The notes below the pieces were generated by a model. The model had not been told where the DNA came from. It did not search any database and worked only from the letters and a program-made list of their open reading frames with translations. From assembly GCA_964016885.1 (NCBI GenBank), contig OZ024746.1, forward strand, positions 15,438,001 to 15,502,000: a stretch of DNA of 64,000 bases, read 5' to 3'. Position 1 is the first letter of the stretch; every line of letters begins with the position of its first letter. The stretch comes from Eledone cirrhosa. Its lineage: Eukaryota. This document shows, piece after piece, positions 45,480-59,641 of this stretch. A program made the translations under genes and the position numbers.

Positions 45480-45910
45480 ACACCACACCACACGACGCCA
45501 CACCACACCACACCACACCACACTACACCACGCCACACTATACTACACCACACCACACTATACTACACCACACCACACGACGCCACACCACACCACACCA
45601 CACGACGTCACACCACACCACACCACACTACACCACGCCACACTATACTACACCACACGACACCACACGACGCCACACTATACCACACCACACTACACCA
45701 CACTACACTACACCACACTACACCACACCACACCACACAACACTACACCACATTACACCACACTACATTACACCACACTACACTACACCACATCACACCA
45801 CACCACATACACTACACTACACTACACCACACGACACCACACCACACCACACGACACCACAAGACACCACACGACACCACACGACACCATACCACACCAC
45901 ACCACACCCT
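45480..45910. repeat. (CACCA/CACTA)n pentamer microsatellite
   Basis: Direct reading. Confidence 0.9.
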
Positions 45911-46039
45911 CCCATACTTTACCATGAGAGAAGATTTAGTGTAAGTACAGCAAGAGAATAGTTTCCTATATAGACAAAACAGTTCTCTGTATCATTTCTA
46001 ACACATGCTTCCTTTTGGTGCGAGGTTTGGAGAAGATGG

Positions 46040-46810
46040 TGGCCTGGCTGGTGGTGGCGGTGGTGGTGGTACTAGTGAGTGCTAAGATGGCGGCTCAGGT
46101 TTGAGAGGTCATGGTGGTGGTGGTGGTGGCAGCGGTGGTGGTGGTGGTAGTTGTGGTGGTAGTACTAGTGAGTGCTAAGATGGCGGCTCAGGTTTGAGAG
46201 GTCATGGTGGTGGTGGTGGTAGTACTAGTGAGTGCTAAGATGGCGGCTCAGGTTTGAGAGGTCATGGTGGTGGTGGTGGTGGCAGCGGTGGTGGTGGTGG
46301 TAGTTGTGGTGGTAGTACTAGTGAGTGCTAAGATGGCGGCTCAGGTTTGAGAGGTCGTGGTGGTGGTGGTGGTGGTGGTTGTGGTGGTAGTTGCGGCGAT
46401 AGTACTAGTGAGTGCTAAGATGGCGGGTCAGGTTTGAGAGGTCGTGGTGGTGGTGGTGGTGGTGGTTGTGGTGGTAGTTGCGGCGGTAGTACTAGTGATT
46501 GCTAAGATGGCGGCTCAGGTTTGAGAGGTCGTGGTGGTGGTGGTGGTGGTGGTTGTGGTGGTAGTTGCGGCGGTAGTACTAGTGAGTGCTAAGATGGCGG
46601 GTCGGGATTGAGAGGTCGTGGTGGTAGTGCTGGTGGTGGTGGTTGTGGTGGTAGTTGCGGCGGTAGTACTAGTGAGTGCTAAGATGGCGGGTCGGGATTG
46701 AGAGGTCGTGGTGGTAGTGGTGGTGGTGGTGGTGGTGGTGGTGGTAGTTGCGGCGGTAGTACTAGTGAGTGCTAAGATGGCGGGTCGGGATTGAGAGGTC
46801 GTGGTGGTAG
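46040..46810. repeat. ~60-90 bp minisatellite with (GGT)n spacers
   Basis: tagtactagtgagtgctaagatggcggctcaggtttgagaggtc repeated about 9 times. Confidence 0.9.
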
Positions 46811-47159
46811 TGGTGGGGGAGGGTGGAGATGGTGGAGGCGGTGATGGTGGTGGTGATGGAGATGGTGTTGGTGACTCATAATGGTAATGATGGTTTTAGT
46901 GATGGTGGTTGTGGTGGTGTTAGTGATGATAGTGGTGATGGTGGTGTTGGTGGCTGGTAATGGTGGTGGTGGTGTTGGTGGTGATGGTGGCAGTGGTTAG
47001 TAATGGTAACGATGGTGGTGGTGGTGGTGGTGGTAGTGGTGGTGATGGGTAGGTGGTGAGTAGGTGGTGATGGTGGTGGTACACTTGCTCTTTTTCATGT
47101 TGGGAGTAGAAGATGGTCGTGTTATTGTTATTACTCAGTGATGATGATGATGATGATGA

Positions 47160-48020
47160 TGATAGAACTGTTGTTAGTGATGGTACTGCTGTTGATGATA
47201 GTACTGCTGTTGATAGTGATGGTAGTGCTGTTGGTGATAGTACTGCTGTTGATAGTGATGGTACTGCTGTTGATGATATTACTGCTGTTGATAGTGATGG
47301 TACTGCTGTTGGTGATAGTACTGCTGTTGATAGTGATGGTACTGCTGTTGATGATAGTACTGCTGTTGATAGTGATGGTAGTGTTGTTGATAGTGATGGT
47401 AACTGTTGTTGATAGTGATAGTACTGTTGTTGATGATAGTACTGCTGTTGATAGTGATGGTAGTGTTGTTGGTGATAGTACTGCTGTTGATAGTGATGGT
47501 ACTGCTGTTGGTGATAGTACTGCTGTTGATAGTGATGGTAGTGTTGTTGATAGTGATGGTAACTGTTGTTGATAGTGATGGTACTGCTGTTGGTGATAGT
47601 ACTGCTGTTGATAGTGATGGTACTGCTGTTGGTGATAGTACTGCTGTTGATAGTGATGGTAGTGTTGTTGATAGTGATGGTAACTGTTGTTGATAGTGAT
47701 AGTACTGTTGTTGATGATAGTACTGTTGTTGATGATAGTACTGCTGTTGATGATAGTACTGCTGTTGATGATAGTACTGCTGTTGATAGTGATGGTAACT
47801 GTTGTTGATAGTGATAGTACTGTTGTTGATGATAGTACTGTTGTTGATGATAGTACTGCTGTTGATGATAGTACTGCTGTTGATGATAGTACTGCTGTTG
47901 ATAGTGATGGTAACTGTTGTTGATAGTGATAGTACTGCTGTTGATGATAGTACTGTTGTTGATAGTGATGGCAACTGTTGTTGATAGTGATGGTACTGCT
48001 GTTGATAGTGATGGTAGTGT
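47160..48020. repeat. 18/21-bp trinucleotide-derived minisatellite
   Basis: gtactgctgttgatgata and gtactgctgttgatagtgatg units with recurring 1-nt frameshifts (ggtaactgtt). Confidence 0.9.
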
Positions 48021-48390
48021 TCTTGCTACAAATAGTGGTACTGTTGCTGATAGTGTTGGTAGTGACGGGGATATTGTTTTGTTAGTGGTGTTCTCAGTGT
48101 TGGTGGTGGGTGGGGTGAGTGGTGGGAGTGGGTGTTCTCAGTGTTGGTGGTGGGTGGGGTGAGTGGTGGGAGTGGGTGTTCTCAGTGTTGGTGGTGGGTG
48201 GGGTGAGTGGTGGGAGTGGGTGTTCTCAGTGTTGGTGCTGGGGTGGGGTGAGTGGTGGGAGTGGGTGTTCACCTCATGGTGGCGGAGTTAGCGGTGCTGA
48301 CGGTGGAGTTGGGAAGTGCAGCAGTTAATGAGGTCAGCTTCGGATTTCTATGACAGCCATTGGACAAAATACAGAACACTATATATGAAC

Positions 48391-48442
<52 letters not shown>

Positions 48443-48656
48443 CACACCTAACTCTTTCCAAGTCATCTTACCAATCCCTCTGCTTCTTTCTATAATTCTT
48501 TCGTAAGTTCTGGGGAATTCCACTTTTCAAGATGTGTGCTTTGTCCCCCCCCCCCCTTAAAGTTTTTTTTGTAGTTAGTTTTTAGTTTACTTTTTGTTAT
48601 TGCTATCGTTGTCTTCTTTTTTTTGTCGACTTCTTTATAATAATTATTATTAGCAC

Positions 48657-48940
48657 GATCTGAGTTCAAATCCCGCCGAGGTTGACTTTGCCTTTCATCC
48701 TTACGGGGTCGATAAAATAAAGTACCAGTAATGCACTGAGTAATTGCTGGCCTTGTGCCTAAAGTAGAAACAATTATTATTGCTATAAAGGGCGGTGGAT
48801 TGACAGTAATCGGTAGAGGGTCGGACACCATGCTTCGTGGTATACAGCCATGGGCCTTTACGTTCTGAGTTCAAATCCCGCCGAGGTTAGCTTTGCCAAA
48901 AATTGCTGGCCTTGTACCTAAATCAGAAACTATTATTATT
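48657..48940 (+). mobile_element. Two tandem partial SINE family A copies
   Basis: A 3' half at 48657-48780, then an internally deleted copy at 48789-48940. Confidence 0.82.
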
Positions 48941-49057
48941 ATTCCTTCCTTCTTTCCTAGGATTTTTTTAGACTGATGGGAAAACGTTACTTACAAAACC
49001 TGGAGATGTAGCATGAATACTTGTAAAAGTAGGGACCCGTCGTGTTAAAACAGTAAA

Positions 49058-49397
49058 GCAATAACAATAACAACAGCAACAATAGCAGCAATAGAAACAG
49101 CTGCATTAATAACAACAGCAGCAATAACAGCAACAACAGCCGCAATAACAGCAACAACAGCAGCAACAACAGTAATAACAATAGCAATAACAGCAACAGT
49201 AGCAGCAGCAATAACAACAGCAACAGCAGCAATAACAACAACAATAACAGCAATAACAGCAAACAACAGCAACAACAGCAATAACAGCAACAACAACAAC
49301 AACAACAGCAATAACAGCAATAACAGCACCAACAGCACCAACAGCACCAACAGCAACAACAGCAATAACAGCAACAACAACAACGGCAACAACACCA
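49058..49397. repeat. (AAC/AGC/AAT)n trinucleotide tract
   Basis: Direct reading; the poly-L/C ORFs are artefacts. Confidence 0.9.
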
Positions 49398-49951
49398 TAC
49401 GTCACTTGTATATAGAAGTAACTGCTATGATTTCTAACTAATGACTACAAATACAATATTAGTGTTTATAAAGGCATCTAGAAGGGGCGGGGGTGTTAAG
49501 AACTGAACTTTCTTAGGAAAAACAATGGATGACACAGATTTAGAAATATAACTAAATGTCTTCAACACAACACACTTAAAACGGGTGCCTATAATAGTTC
49601 CCGGACTCGAGTTTCGGCCGCACCTACTATATATATATGCTGTTGAAATGTTGGGTAAACATTCTATAGCGGCTGGCCGCGAAGACGCTGCTGTGGCGTA
49701 TTTATTTACTGTTTCTTCATAGGTGCCTTTTATTCTTATAGCCTGGTCTAATTGATTTTTTGTGTGGTTAATTATGCTGATTGGGAGTAGTAGTGATGTA
49801 TATATATTATCAAATAATTCTCTGGACATGCTTTACTCTATAGTATTTTGCTCTGATTATTTAATTTATTAATTCTTCATTGAGACACATCGTGAATAGT
49901 TACCAAAACACATATATACCTGTGACTTTGTTTAATTGGTGTATGTGTAAA

Positions 49952-50030
<79 letters not shown>

Positions 50031-50317
50031 CTATACGTAAGGAATGTTGAATGTAAATATTTAGATGCTAAGGTTTAAGTTTGACCGTCGGGCATCCTAC
50101 GATGGACACATGTGCTGAGCTCGCTCGGTAAGTTTTTGTTTAAATTCATACGGAAATTGTAAACTGTAAACTTTCATTTTTGTATCATTTTGTAGAGGGA
50201 CTGCCAGGTCAAATTTTGATCTGGTCGGTCTCTCAAAATATTCTGCGCCTTTGGGCGAAATAGTATTGTGAACATTCTATCTTTCGAAAAACTTCGAAAA
50301 ACCCTATTTTGAGAAAA

Positions 50318-50494
50318 ATGGCTGAATCATCTTCACCATCAATCAAAGAAGGAAAGGGGAAGTCATACTCACAGCTTCCCCCTGCCACTGTCACAGCAGC
50401 AGATGCCAAAGGCAGAGGTCAGAGAGAGGAAGAATTGTCTTCACCTGTTGACCGACCACTAGATGTAGCCACAACTACACAAGAATTTGAAAAC

Positions 50495-50525
<31 letters not shown>

Positions 50526-52169
50526 GCAACAATAAAGACAACAAAAACAACAACAACACAAACGTCACAAGTATCCACACACGAAACGAGAAAGACAACA
50601 ACAACAACAAAGATGAAAACAACTCAAACGACGAGAAACAAAACAATACTAATATCCAAAACGAAAACAAAATATCTTTTGCACAAACGGCTAAATTATC
50701 AGTCGCTTATGTGCTGGAAGATATTTCAAAAGCAAAAGAAATGCTGGAAAAAGCCAAGAAATATGTGTCTTTTGGCGAAAACGGATCGTTTTCTATACAT
50801 TCACCTCCGGAGCTAAAAAGACAGACGGAATTACGAACTGTCGTATTCCGAACAATTTTAAATAAAACAAAGAAACCAGCGCAACCATCTCAAGCGGAAA
50901 CTCAGTTAGTCTTGAAAGACGCGATGAGAGACATCACTTTCATACAAAAGGATAAACTCTATGGGAGTTTATCCATATTGATGAAAGACGAATTGGCGGC
51001 AAAAAAATACTCTGTGTCGCCAATTCGGTCCACACACTACACCTTCTTCCCTACCTACATGGGTAAAAAAAACCAGAGGATATGGATAACCACCATCACC
51101 CCAAACATAAACTACTGGTGGTTACTAACCGGTTTCCTCAATTTAGACGAGGACAACCTCATCTCAATAGGGAAGGCATCCGGCGACGCGTTCAGTGGAA
51201 CGAGCATCGAAGTTCTGACCCAAATAAGGCCAGAACGCATCGCCCAAATCCCTGAGCGCGTCATGCTGGATGACCGTACCCACCTCAACATTATTGTGGA
51301 GGGTAGGCGTCCCTCCTGTTACCTCTGTGGCAATAGAGGTCACCTGAGGGCTGCCTGTCCCCAGCTCACACAGAAAAAAACACTGTACCAACACCAACAC
51401 CACCCCAACTACAACAACAAAAACAACCACAACAACAACAAAAACCAACAACCCCACCACCACCACCACAACAACAACAACAACAAACACGTGAAAAAAA
51501 ATAACACAGAATACTGTCCCACCCAATCCCTCCCCACCCAAAACAAATACAAAAACACGCACACCGCAAACACTACCAGAAAACATACCCCTCCCACCCA
51601 ACAAGGAAGACGAACCTCTTTCGTCGCAAGACGAAAAAGATCCCTTCCAACAAGTAAAAAGAAAGAAGAGGAGACGCACCACAGACACACATGTTAACTT
51701 TAATCCCCCCCAAGAGAACACAAACTACACACAAACCACCCCTCCCTGTCACACAACACTAACTGCTACACAAAAAAAGACATTACAATACACATACATG
51801 AACACAGACAACAAAGAATTACGGAAAACAATTTCAGCAAACCCTTCGGTCCAAACCGAAGGGCCAAACTTTATAACTGCTGTGGGACTACCTCATTTGA
51901 AAATGATAAAAGTCCCAATGCACTTGTACAAAACACTGAAAATAAATTTCACGGAGGACGTGGGCCCCCCCTGCGCCAAACCAATCAACCGCGTCCTCCT
52001 AAAAAATTTCACCCCCCCACCTCACCCAGACACCCACTCAACGACAAACACCCCAACCCCACAACACACCGATGCCCCTTCACTTCCACAAACCACAACC
52101 CCACCCAACCACCCATCCCCAACCAGCATGGAAATTGAGCGGCCCGTTTCCCGGGACGCAGAGAGGTAA
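50318..52169 (+). pseudogene. LINE ORF1 (gag-like, CCHC zinc knuckle), frameshifted in the AAC/CAC-rich region
   Basis: ATG at 50318; CYLCGNRGHLRAAC; the first frame stops at 51697 and a second frame runs to 52169, just before ORF2. Confidence 0.8.
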
Positions 52170-52193
52170 GTGCCTTTTCTCTTTACCACCAAC

Positions 52194-55100
52194 ATGGCTG
52201 TGCTAAGAGTAGGGTGTCTAAATGCGCGTGGCCTGGGCTCGTCTTGGAAGCAAGCAATGCTTCTAAATGACCTCAGGTCACAATCTATAAATGTGATGGT
52301 TATCTGCGAGGCCCGGATCAGCAGCATGCGACAGCTAGCCCCCACCTTTGACGACTTTGAGATGCACGCATCTCTCTGTCAGCCCGGAGGTGGGGGTGGG
52401 GTTGTCGTTCTGCTGCAAAAACATATGGGCCTTGCAACACAGATAGTTCACTTGGACCCAGGGGGTCGACTGGTGGTGCTGGACCTTGGCAGTGGTGAAG
52501 GTAGAGCCTTTAGGCTGATAGCCGCATATGCCCCTTTTGGGACAGAGCGGCCCGACTTTTTCCAGCGTCTGGAGTCTTTTCTAGGGACGTCCCGTTCCCT
52601 GCTTTTAGTGGGGGATTGGAATGGTATCCTGGATGCACGTTGGGACTATGCAGGGGCATGTCCCGATAGAGAGGGGTGCAACAGCCTCAAGGGGTTACTC
52701 GGCCGATTTGACCTGGCCGATAGATTTCGACTAGATTTTCCGACGGTGCCAACCTGGTCTTGGTCAAATCGCAGCGGATCATCTAGATCGTACCTAGATA
52801 GATTTTTAGTTAGAAATAAGGACAGGGACTTTTTAAGTTGTCCAGAAATGCTCATGGTTGGCTATTCAGACCACAAGTTGGTGACCTGCATGGTCAACCT
52901 TGATAGAACGCATAGACAGGGCCCCGGTTACTGGAAGCTCAACTTGTCCTTGCCGGCAAGTAGAGCCTACAGGAATCGGATTAGTACGTTAGTTAAGGAA
53001 CGGTTGACTGGAGCGATCGTCAACAGCAGGTGGTGGGTATCTCTAAAGAGAGAGATTAGAGTAGTCTCGATTGAATTTAGTAAGGTTCTAGCTGCTGATA
53101 GGAATAGGAAGGAAAGGGAGCTAATAGATAGAGTAGAAGAGGCAATTAGAAGCGGCGACGTGGCCAGAGTGCTAGCGTCGAGAACGGCTTTGAGCCAGTT
53201 TTTCGACGCGAAGCACGAAGGCTGCGTTGTCCGAAGTAAAATACGTGCTCTAGGGAACGAGGGGGCCAAAGCTGTTAGCTGGGCCCGCGTGACAGAGGCC
53301 AACAGTGGAACTAAATCCACCATCCGGTCTTTGCGAGACCTGGATGGACGGGCGATTCTTGAGCCTAAGCAGATGTGTGAGGCCTTTCAAAGGCACTTTG
53401 CCCGACTGTTCGGGAGGGGCGGGGAGCCGGTTGGAAACGTGGACTTCGGTCCATACCTCGACGGCCTGCCGCGCCTCTCGGACAGGGAGGCGAAGTCTTG
53501 CGAGGAGCCGTTTCGGCCGCTGAGATAGAGGACGTGCTGGGCCAATGCGGCAAACGCAAATCCCCGGGTCTCGATGGTCTTCCTTACGAATTATATCTAG
53601 CTATGCCGGACTTGTTCCCCGATCTCCTCGAGGCGGTCTACTGCAACTGGCAACAGAACGGGAGAATTCCCTGTACTGTGACCAAGGGCGTAGTCACGCT
53701 AGTGAGGAAGGACGAGAACAAGGGGGACGAAATAAGTAACTTCAGGCCCATAACTCTGCTAAATACAGAGTTACAGATTTTGGCCAAGGTGCTAGCAAAG
53801 AGGTTGGCGCTTGTCGTGGGCAACCTGGTGGGAGATGCGCAGACATGCGCTATCCCGTCCAGGTCCATCCATGACAACCTCCACCTCATGCGATACATCA
53901 TAGAGAGGGTTGGGAACGAACCCGGCTTTGGTGGGGCTCTGATCAACTTGGATCAATCTAAGGCGTTCGATAGGGTCGACCATGGTTACCTGAATGCGGT
54001 GCTAGCGGCGGCAGGCTTCGGACCCGTTTTCAGGGGCTGGATCACTGCTATGCACAGCAGCCGCATCTGCTCTAGGGTCAAGGTGAACGGCTACCTCTCG
54101 GAGCCGTTCAAAATCGCGCGGTCCATCCGACAAGGGTGCCCTCTCTCCTCCCTTCTGTATGTGTTGACTCTCGAGCCACTACTGCGGAAGTTGGAGTTGT
54201 TGCAGGGCATCCCTTTGGAACCGGGATTGCGGAAAGCGGTGTCGGCCTACGCCGATGATGTGACAGTAATGGTGTCGACGGCCTCCGAAATCGAGGCGGT
54301 CGGCACCTTACTGGAGGAGTACGAAAAGTTCACAGGGGCTAAGCTGAACCGGGACAAGTCGATCGGTTTGCAACTCGGCACGTGGAGGGGCAGACCGATG
54401 CCCTCCGATGGCGTCGTCGGACGCTGGACGGAGGGCCCGGTGAAGTTGCTCGGGGTCTGGTTCGGACCGGACCTCCAGGTGGAGAAAAACTGGGCGGAGG
54501 TTACGAACAGGGTGTTTGCACTGACCCAGAAGTGGGCCAGTTGCAAACTATCCCTGAAAGGTCGGGCGGAGGTGGCGAACACTTATATAGCGTCCGTCAT
54601 CTACTACCGCCTGACCGTAGTGCCCTGCCCAAGGGAAACCCTCACCAAGATGGAGCGCGCGCTCTTCCAATTCCTTTGGAAGGGGCGGGCTCCTATGGTG
54701 AGGAGATCCATCTGCTGTCAACACCCTTCGAAAGGAGGGCTGGGGATGCCGTGGCTAATGATGCGTAAACACGCATTAAGGCTACGGCACCTCTACGTAT
54801 TCCTCACCGGACAACCGGTGTGGGCCTCGTTTGTGAGACGAACCTTTCCCAGACTCGTCTCACTCACCGAGCTGCAATCCTGAGTCAAGCAAAGACCGAG
54901 AAAACTGGGCGCCTGGCACACTGAGTGTGCCCAGGCGCTCACCGCCCTCTGGCAAGCGGATCCGGTTATCAGTGGAGACTCCACCGCAACATTCTATAGA
55001 GGGCTGGTACGCAGCAGGTGCGACGACGCCCTCGGAGAAGCCCTAGACATGGAGGAGGACGAACTGGCCAGCCTGTTCGGTAGGACATTCAGCCCGGGAC

Positions 55101-55630
55101 CTATGGACAACTTCCAGAAGTCCCTGGCCTGGCAGTGCTACCGAGGGGCTTTACCCGTTCGAGAAAGGCTCTACAGACACGGGCGCCCGGGTAGGGACCC
55201 CGCCAAAAAGATCTGTCCCAGATGCGTGTGCGACGAGGAAACCGTTGCACACGCATTGGTACACTGCTCGGGCGTAGCCGATCTGTGGGGCTATGTCGAA
55301 CAACTGCTGTCAAGGGTGGGACCGATCCGGTTGACCACCGAGTCTATTGTAATGATCAAGCCGCCTCCCCCCTTCAAAGATGAAGCAGAGGCGGTGTTTC
55401 TGTGCGTAATAGCCATGGCGAAAGAGGTTGTATGGTGGACGCGTCTGAAAGGACTGAGGTCAGGCACCTTTCTCTCTGGCCAACAACTGGTCCGTTTCTT
55501 CCGATATCATTTCGGAAGAAGGATCAGGATGGAGAGAGAGGTGCTGCACCCCAGTCGTTTTTATGAAAGGTGGGTGAAAGTGGCGAGAATGGCCCGTGTG
55601 AATGGGCCTTCTCTTTACATAAGCCTGTAG
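52194..55630 (+). pseudogene. LINE ORF2: AP endonuclease, reverse transcriptase, C-terminal Cys/His motif
   Basis: LNARGL, GDWN, YLDRF, SDHK (APE); KSPGLDG, FRPITLLN, KAFDRVDH, QGCPLS, YADD (RT); CPRC..ETVAHALVHC. Frameshift near 53510 and in-frame TGA at 54881-54883. Confidence 0.93.
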
Positions 55631-55938
55631 GTGGAAAAGAGGAAGGAACGAGGGAGCACCCCCTCTCTGTGCTCCTGAGGAAAAGGGTTGCACACTTTTT
55701 TCGGGGGTGTGTGCGACCCCCCAAGGCGCCTCCTCTCTATTGAGGATTTTGTTAAAAATTTTATTTTTTGTTATATCTTATTTTATTTTTATATTTTGTT
55801 ATTGCCTCCTCCTTATTGAGGACGCCTTTTTGTGTAAACTCCCCCCTTTGTACTTGTCCCACTTTTGATGCCCTAGTGGCAAATAAAAGAAACTTATCTT
55901 ATAATAACAATAACTCTGTCTGTCTATCTGTGTGCGCG

Positions 55939-55972
<34 letters not shown>

Positions 55973-57278
55973 GTACGCCAACATAAATAGTTTCAAGCGT
56001 GAACCGAAACTGTGTCACAATCTCAGCTTAGCTGGAAACTCGCCTCATTCTATCCGTGTGGTGTTAATATTGCACTGGGATAGGTTATAATCCTCAGCCA
56101 GATGTAACTATTTTAGAAAACTAATCCTCAGAAATTCTGCCGTAATAACCATAATCATTAATTAAAAATATGTTTGTTATAAAAGTATATGTTAGTAATT
56201 TAGTACGTTACAAGTTGTAGCCGTAACATGGCCGAATGGTGAAGGAGGTCGCATCACAATAATTAGATTCCGGATTCATTTATCATCACCGCAGGTTTAC
56301 CTCTGCCTTTGATAGAAACTTTTTGTAAGCCTGTCTGATGGTCTGTGCTTGTAGTTCAAGAAGCCAACGTTGTCACGTATTGAGTCACACTGAATCTCCC
56401 TGAGAATTACGTTAAGGCTACACGTGTCTGCGGAATACTCAGTCACTAGCAAGTTAATTTCTTGATCAGGCTGTTCCGTTGATCGAATTGGAACGGTCAT
56501 TGTGGAAACTTGATACGGATCAATTCTGAACTGAAGTTTAGATAATTGAACCGATAGTTTAATATCATAATTACTTGACCATTAAAATGAGACAAAGGTT
56601 CTTGTTTTCTTCAGAGGTATGCATTAAATTGTAAACAGCTGTATTGATTTCAAATGATAGGGAGATTGTAGTTATTATGTTTATGGCTTTCTCAATCTCA
56701 ATTAGGAAGTTGAGTATAATAGCTACACCTGGTCAGCGAACCCGGCTTACAGAATTTATTCGCCCAAAGTTTACCCCCCAACCTAATGTAAACAAATTAG
56801 TTAAAGATCACAAAAAAGGGAACAAAGAAGAGCGGGGGGAGAAAAGAAAATGTGAAGAAGAAAAGGAAAAACGGATCAAGCAGCGAAAGAAAGGGAGAGG
56901 AGGAGGAACAGATACTACACTCCAGTGCCTCAGCCGCACCCCTCGGACAAAATGGTAAAGGCGTTATCGCAGAGAATGGCCAGAGACACCCGCTGTAACA
57001 GTCACTCCACCACACGAGGTTCCTTCCTCTAGCGAGCAGCTGTCTTTCAGACAGCAGCCATTCTAGTCTATTTTCCTCTATTGCTATTTCTTTGCTGAAC
57101 AGAACACCCCACCTCAGAACACCCCGCCACCAATTGTTGATCATTGCTCCCCGTCAACTCTTTCTTAACTAATTTAATAATCCGGTTTCTGCAGTCTTCG
57201 CGCGCTGTGAAAGCAGCAGCAGCAGCAGCAGCAATATTAGTAGCAGCAGCAGAAGTAGCAATTATTATTATTAATATT

Positions 57279-57475
57279 AGGGCGCTGGATTGGCAGTATC
57301 GGTAGAGGGTCGGGCGCCATGCTTTGAAGCATAGAGTTACCTCCCTTTATGATCTGAGTTCAAATCCCGCCGAGGTTAACTTTGCCTTTCATCCTTACGG
57401 GGTCGATAAAATAAAGTACCAGTAATGCACTGGGATAATTGCTGGTCTTGTGCCAAAAGTAGAAACAATTATTAT
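57279..57475 (+). mobile_element. SINE family A full copy
   Basis: Closely matches 14886-15076. Older copies lie at about 6185-6320, 24670-24810 (-), 58024-58190 and 59094-59270. Confidence 0.87.
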
Positions 57476-58639
57476 TAGTTATCTACTTGACTCATCTGTT
57501 GATTTATCGCCAATTTCTACTTCTACAAATAAATAATTTATTGCAGATTACTTCCCAATATCATTTCCCTCCTCTTCCATCTCCCCCTCATCATCATCAT
57601 CGTCGTCACAAATACAATCATCATTAGTACCTCCTCCTATTTATTGTAATCATCATTGTTATTATCATCATCATCGTTATAATCATCGTCGTTACCATCA
57701 TCATCGTTATCATCATCATCGTTACCACCATCACCATCATCATAAACATCGTCATCATCGGCAACATAACGAACTCTGGACGTAGCTGCTATGATGCAAC
57801 AGTGTCTTTAAAAAAAGTATAGAGAGGAGTGGTTTCCTGTAGCCTTCTGTAGACTTGAAACTAGAGAATTCTAAAGGAGGCGGTGAGTGAAAGGAAGTCT
57901 GCCATTAATGCCTTTCCCAAGCTTATTAATAACATAAGTGAAAGGAAACATATTCAATGGAAACTTGTATCCTTCACAAATATGGTCCGGCATTCTCAAA
58001 ACTCTGCCATATTGCAGCATATCAGGCGGCTGATTTGGCAGAGTCGTTAGAGCGTCGGGGATAATGATTTGTGTTATTCGTTCCAGCTGTCTGCTCTCTG
58101 AGTTTAACGCCCGTTCAAGTCAACGTTACCGTTTATCGTTTCGAGGTTAATAAAAAAAAAGTACCTGTCAAATACTGGTTCGATTCGGTCTCTATACCTC
58201 ATTGTTGTCTATTATGCTATGCATTGAAAATACCATAAACAACAAGTGATTATCATACGTAACAGGATGTTTAGAAATTAAATGAAACTTGTTAAACTGC
58301 ATTTATTAACCCTCAACTTACGGAATCATTGTGGGTGAGTTAATTACCCCAACAAAAGTATAAATATTTTCATGACTCTTTATATCTCCAGAACTCATAA
58401 TCAGTGTTCAGATTGCTTAGTAAATATTTAACCACACCCTTGTATGTGTGTGTAAATAACATTGACAGTACAGTCCATAGTTGTTACCTTTTATAAGTTG
58501 CAGGTTTAACTTTTCATATACACATATATACACCAAGGCCGAACACAACCAAACTCGTACTGTCACTGCCACCGTCTCTCTCCCTCTCCCCATCTCTCAC
58601 TATTGTGAGCAAATGGGGGCCCACAGATATTAGGGATGA

Positions 58640-58915
58640 AGGCAGTATGGTCGAATGGTTAAGAAGTTCACTTCGTAATCATTAGATCCTGTGTTCAATC
58701 CCACAGCATGGCATCTTGGATAACTGACATTTACCATAGCCGAGGGGTGATTCCTTCCTTGTGGGTGAAATTGCGTAGACGGAAACTGTTTGGAAGCCCG
58801 TCAGATGGATTGTAGCTGTAATTCAAATGTCCAGCCTTGTCACACACTGTGTCACGCTGAATCTCCCATGGAATTATGTTTGGGGTACACGTGCCTGTGA
58901 ATTATTCATCCTCTT
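58640..58915 (+). mobile_element. Old tRNA-headed SINE copy
   Basis: tggtcgaatggttaag A-box, gttcaatccc B-box; tail gtcacgctgaatctcc...gtacacgtg is shared with 56220-56500 and 44980-45330 (-). Confidence 0.65.
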
Positions 58916-59641
58916 ACACTATAATAAATATCCAAATAATATTAATATATTGAGATCACGTCATATCGATTATAATACTCTCCCTCCTACAGATCTGTGT
59001 TCTTGAACCAATGTTAGAATTTTCTATTGCTAAACTACTCAATAATCTTTGGCGAAACCCTTTGCTAATAACTTATATTACTGGATATCATAAATGGCGG
59101 TGGATAGGCAGAGTCTTTAACACGTCAAACAATGTCCTACCAGGGTCGACATTGCTTTTATCGTTCCGGGAGGTCGTTAAAATAAAATAGAAGTTAGGAA
59201 CTGGGGTCGATAGAATCAACTTGCCCCTTACCCAACACAAATTTCGCTGGCCTTGTGTTTAAAGTAGCAATCAAACGAGAAGATCCTAGACCTTATTCGC
59301 TTACTAAGTAGGGTGAACTCGTCAGATCGGACCAAGGAAACGACGAAAAAAAAATACATAAAAAAAATAGTAACCAGGATAGTATTATGATCACACGTGG
59401 TAACCCACGTAGTATCACATATCTTTATATTTCTCTCACTACCGGTGATAATATACAGGATATTACATACTATTTAACATCCTTCAGAAAGTGTTCAGCT
59501 ATTCAGACATGTAGAAACTTAACGAGAATATAGGGAATTATTTAAATTTTAGGCATTCGGTAGCAAAATATTACCTCAACTTTACACACATGCGCTTGAC
59601 ATATATATAGCATTTATGATGAACTATAAATATATATATAA

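Larger units (their letters stand above)
50026..55913 (+). mobile_element. Near-full-length Tx1/L1-type non-LTR retrotransposon
   Basis: 5' UTR after (TA)n, ORF1 with CCHC knuckle, ORF2 with APE-RT-zinc motif, 3' UTR with AATAAA and an (AAT/AAC) tail. The 5' boundary is approximate. Confidence 0.92.

Noticed and set aside
47113-48162. DSTAVDSDG repeat protein
   Set aside because: Recurrent frameshifts within the tandem array.
56644-57144. Overlapping 104/115-aa ORFs
   Set aside because: Low-complexity purine tracts, non-ATG starts and no motif.
59281-59330. Minus-strand CTGACGA...GAAT motif
   Set aside because: Core and cleavage site are both non-canonical; too degenerate to call.
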